59,784 nucleotides of DNA. It comes from Methanobacterium sp. Its GTDB lineage: Archaea > Methanobacteriota > Methanobacteria > Methanobacteriales > Methanobacteriaceae. The notes below the pieces were generated by a model. That model saw only the letters and a program-made list of their open reading frames with translations. It was not told the origin of the DNA and searched no databases. Below, in pieces: positions 58,990 to 59,784 of the stretch; position 1 is the stretch's first letter, and each line of letters starts with the position of its first letter. The stretch covers positions 1-59,784 of the forward strand of contig JAJFTX010000045.1 of assembly GCA_021372715.1 (NCBI GenBank), written 5' to 3'. Position numbers and translations under genes: made by a program.

Positions 58990-59784
58990 ATGAATATCAC
59001 TGTATATGGAGCTGGAAACCAGGAATTATACGTTAACCAGCTCCAATTACCAGAAAAATATGGTGGAAAACCTCCTTATGGGGGCTCTAGAATGGCTATA
59101 GAATATGCCCGTGCCGGACATGATGTTTATCTGGCTGAACCAGATTCAAATATCCTTAAAAAAACCACTGGAAGATTGTAGAGGATTCAGGGGTGACAGT
59201 CACAGAAGATGATGTGGAAGCAGCAAAAAATGCCGAAATAGCTGTTCTATTTACTCCTTTTGGTAAGAGAACCTTCAATATAGCTAAAGAAATCATATAT
59301 CATCTCCCGGATGGGGGAATAATCGCCAATACGTGTACGGTATCGCCTCTTGTATTGTACTATGTACTGGAAAAAGAAATCAGGAAAGACAGGAAAGACA
59401 TAGGTATTGCTTCCCTACACCTGGCTACAGTTCCAGGAACCCCTCAACACGGACATTATGTTATTGGAGGACGTTCCAGTAATGATAGAGACATAGCTAG
59501 TGAGGAACAAATTCAAAAATGCGTAAAACTAGCCCAAAGTTGTGGAAATGATGCCTATGTGGTCCCTGCTGATGTTTCATCGGCGGTGGCTGATATGGGT
59601 TCTCTTGTAACCGCAGTAACACTTTCCGGAGTGATTGATTACTATAATGTGGGTACGGAGATAATTAAAGCACCTAAAGAGATGGTAGAAAAACAGATAC
59701 TCATGACCCTGCAGACGGTGGCCTCTCTGGTGGAATCTTCTGGTGTAGAAGGAATGTTAAAGGCCATAAATCCAAATTTACTGG
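58990..59784 (+). pseudogene. hmdII: Hmd paralogue (HmdII/III type) interrupted by a frameshift in an A7 run; partial at the window end
   Basis: Frame 1 (MNITVYGAGNQELY...GGKPPYGG...AGHDV) stops at 59179-59181. The homologous sequence continues in another frame from 59163 (NHWKIVEDSGVTVTEDDVEAAK...NTCTVSP...) to the window end. One extra A in the run at 59158-59164 would restore the frame. Confidence 0.7.

Overview
AT-rich chromosomal segment from a hydrogenotrophic methanogen (Methanobacteriales, Methanobacterium-like, judged from gene content). It is densely coded, with about 60 genes, and I found no rRNA, tRNA, CRISPR array or transposase. Left third (1-26 kb): the A1AO ATP synthase H-I-K genes, a citrate-synthase-like / fumarase-alpha-like / PrpD-like cluster, and housekeeping genes (tiaS, serA, thg1, nadX, pth2, aEF-1beta, ycaO). 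Also there are a secreted Ig-repeat protein and one half of an archaeal type IV pilus locus. Middle and right (32-60 kb) is the most interesting part, a run of nickel-related genes. It holds ECF transporter cbiMNQO, an XRE regulator, an MFS transporter, a radical SAM gene divergent from nikR, and an orphan HepT toxin. A 2035-aa adhesin-like gene appears inserted, followed by a decayed radical SAM paralogue, the F430 nickelochelatase cfbA and a nicotianamine-synthase-like gene. Directly next come the nickel-free [Fe]-hydrogenase system (hmd plus maturation genes hcgA-F), an FdhA-like/FdhB-like/MvhD operon and a frameshifted hmdII paralogue. An exact 9-bp palindrome, AGTAWTACT, sits beside the TATA boxes of eight promoters in this window (cbiM, XRE regulator, MFS, TctA-like, hcgE, hmd, the fdh-like operon). 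I found no copy inside coding sequence. I consider it a candidate operator of an undescribed regulon linking nickel supply to the Ni-free hydrogenase. All calls rest on reading the ORF translations and the DNA by eye; no database search was run.
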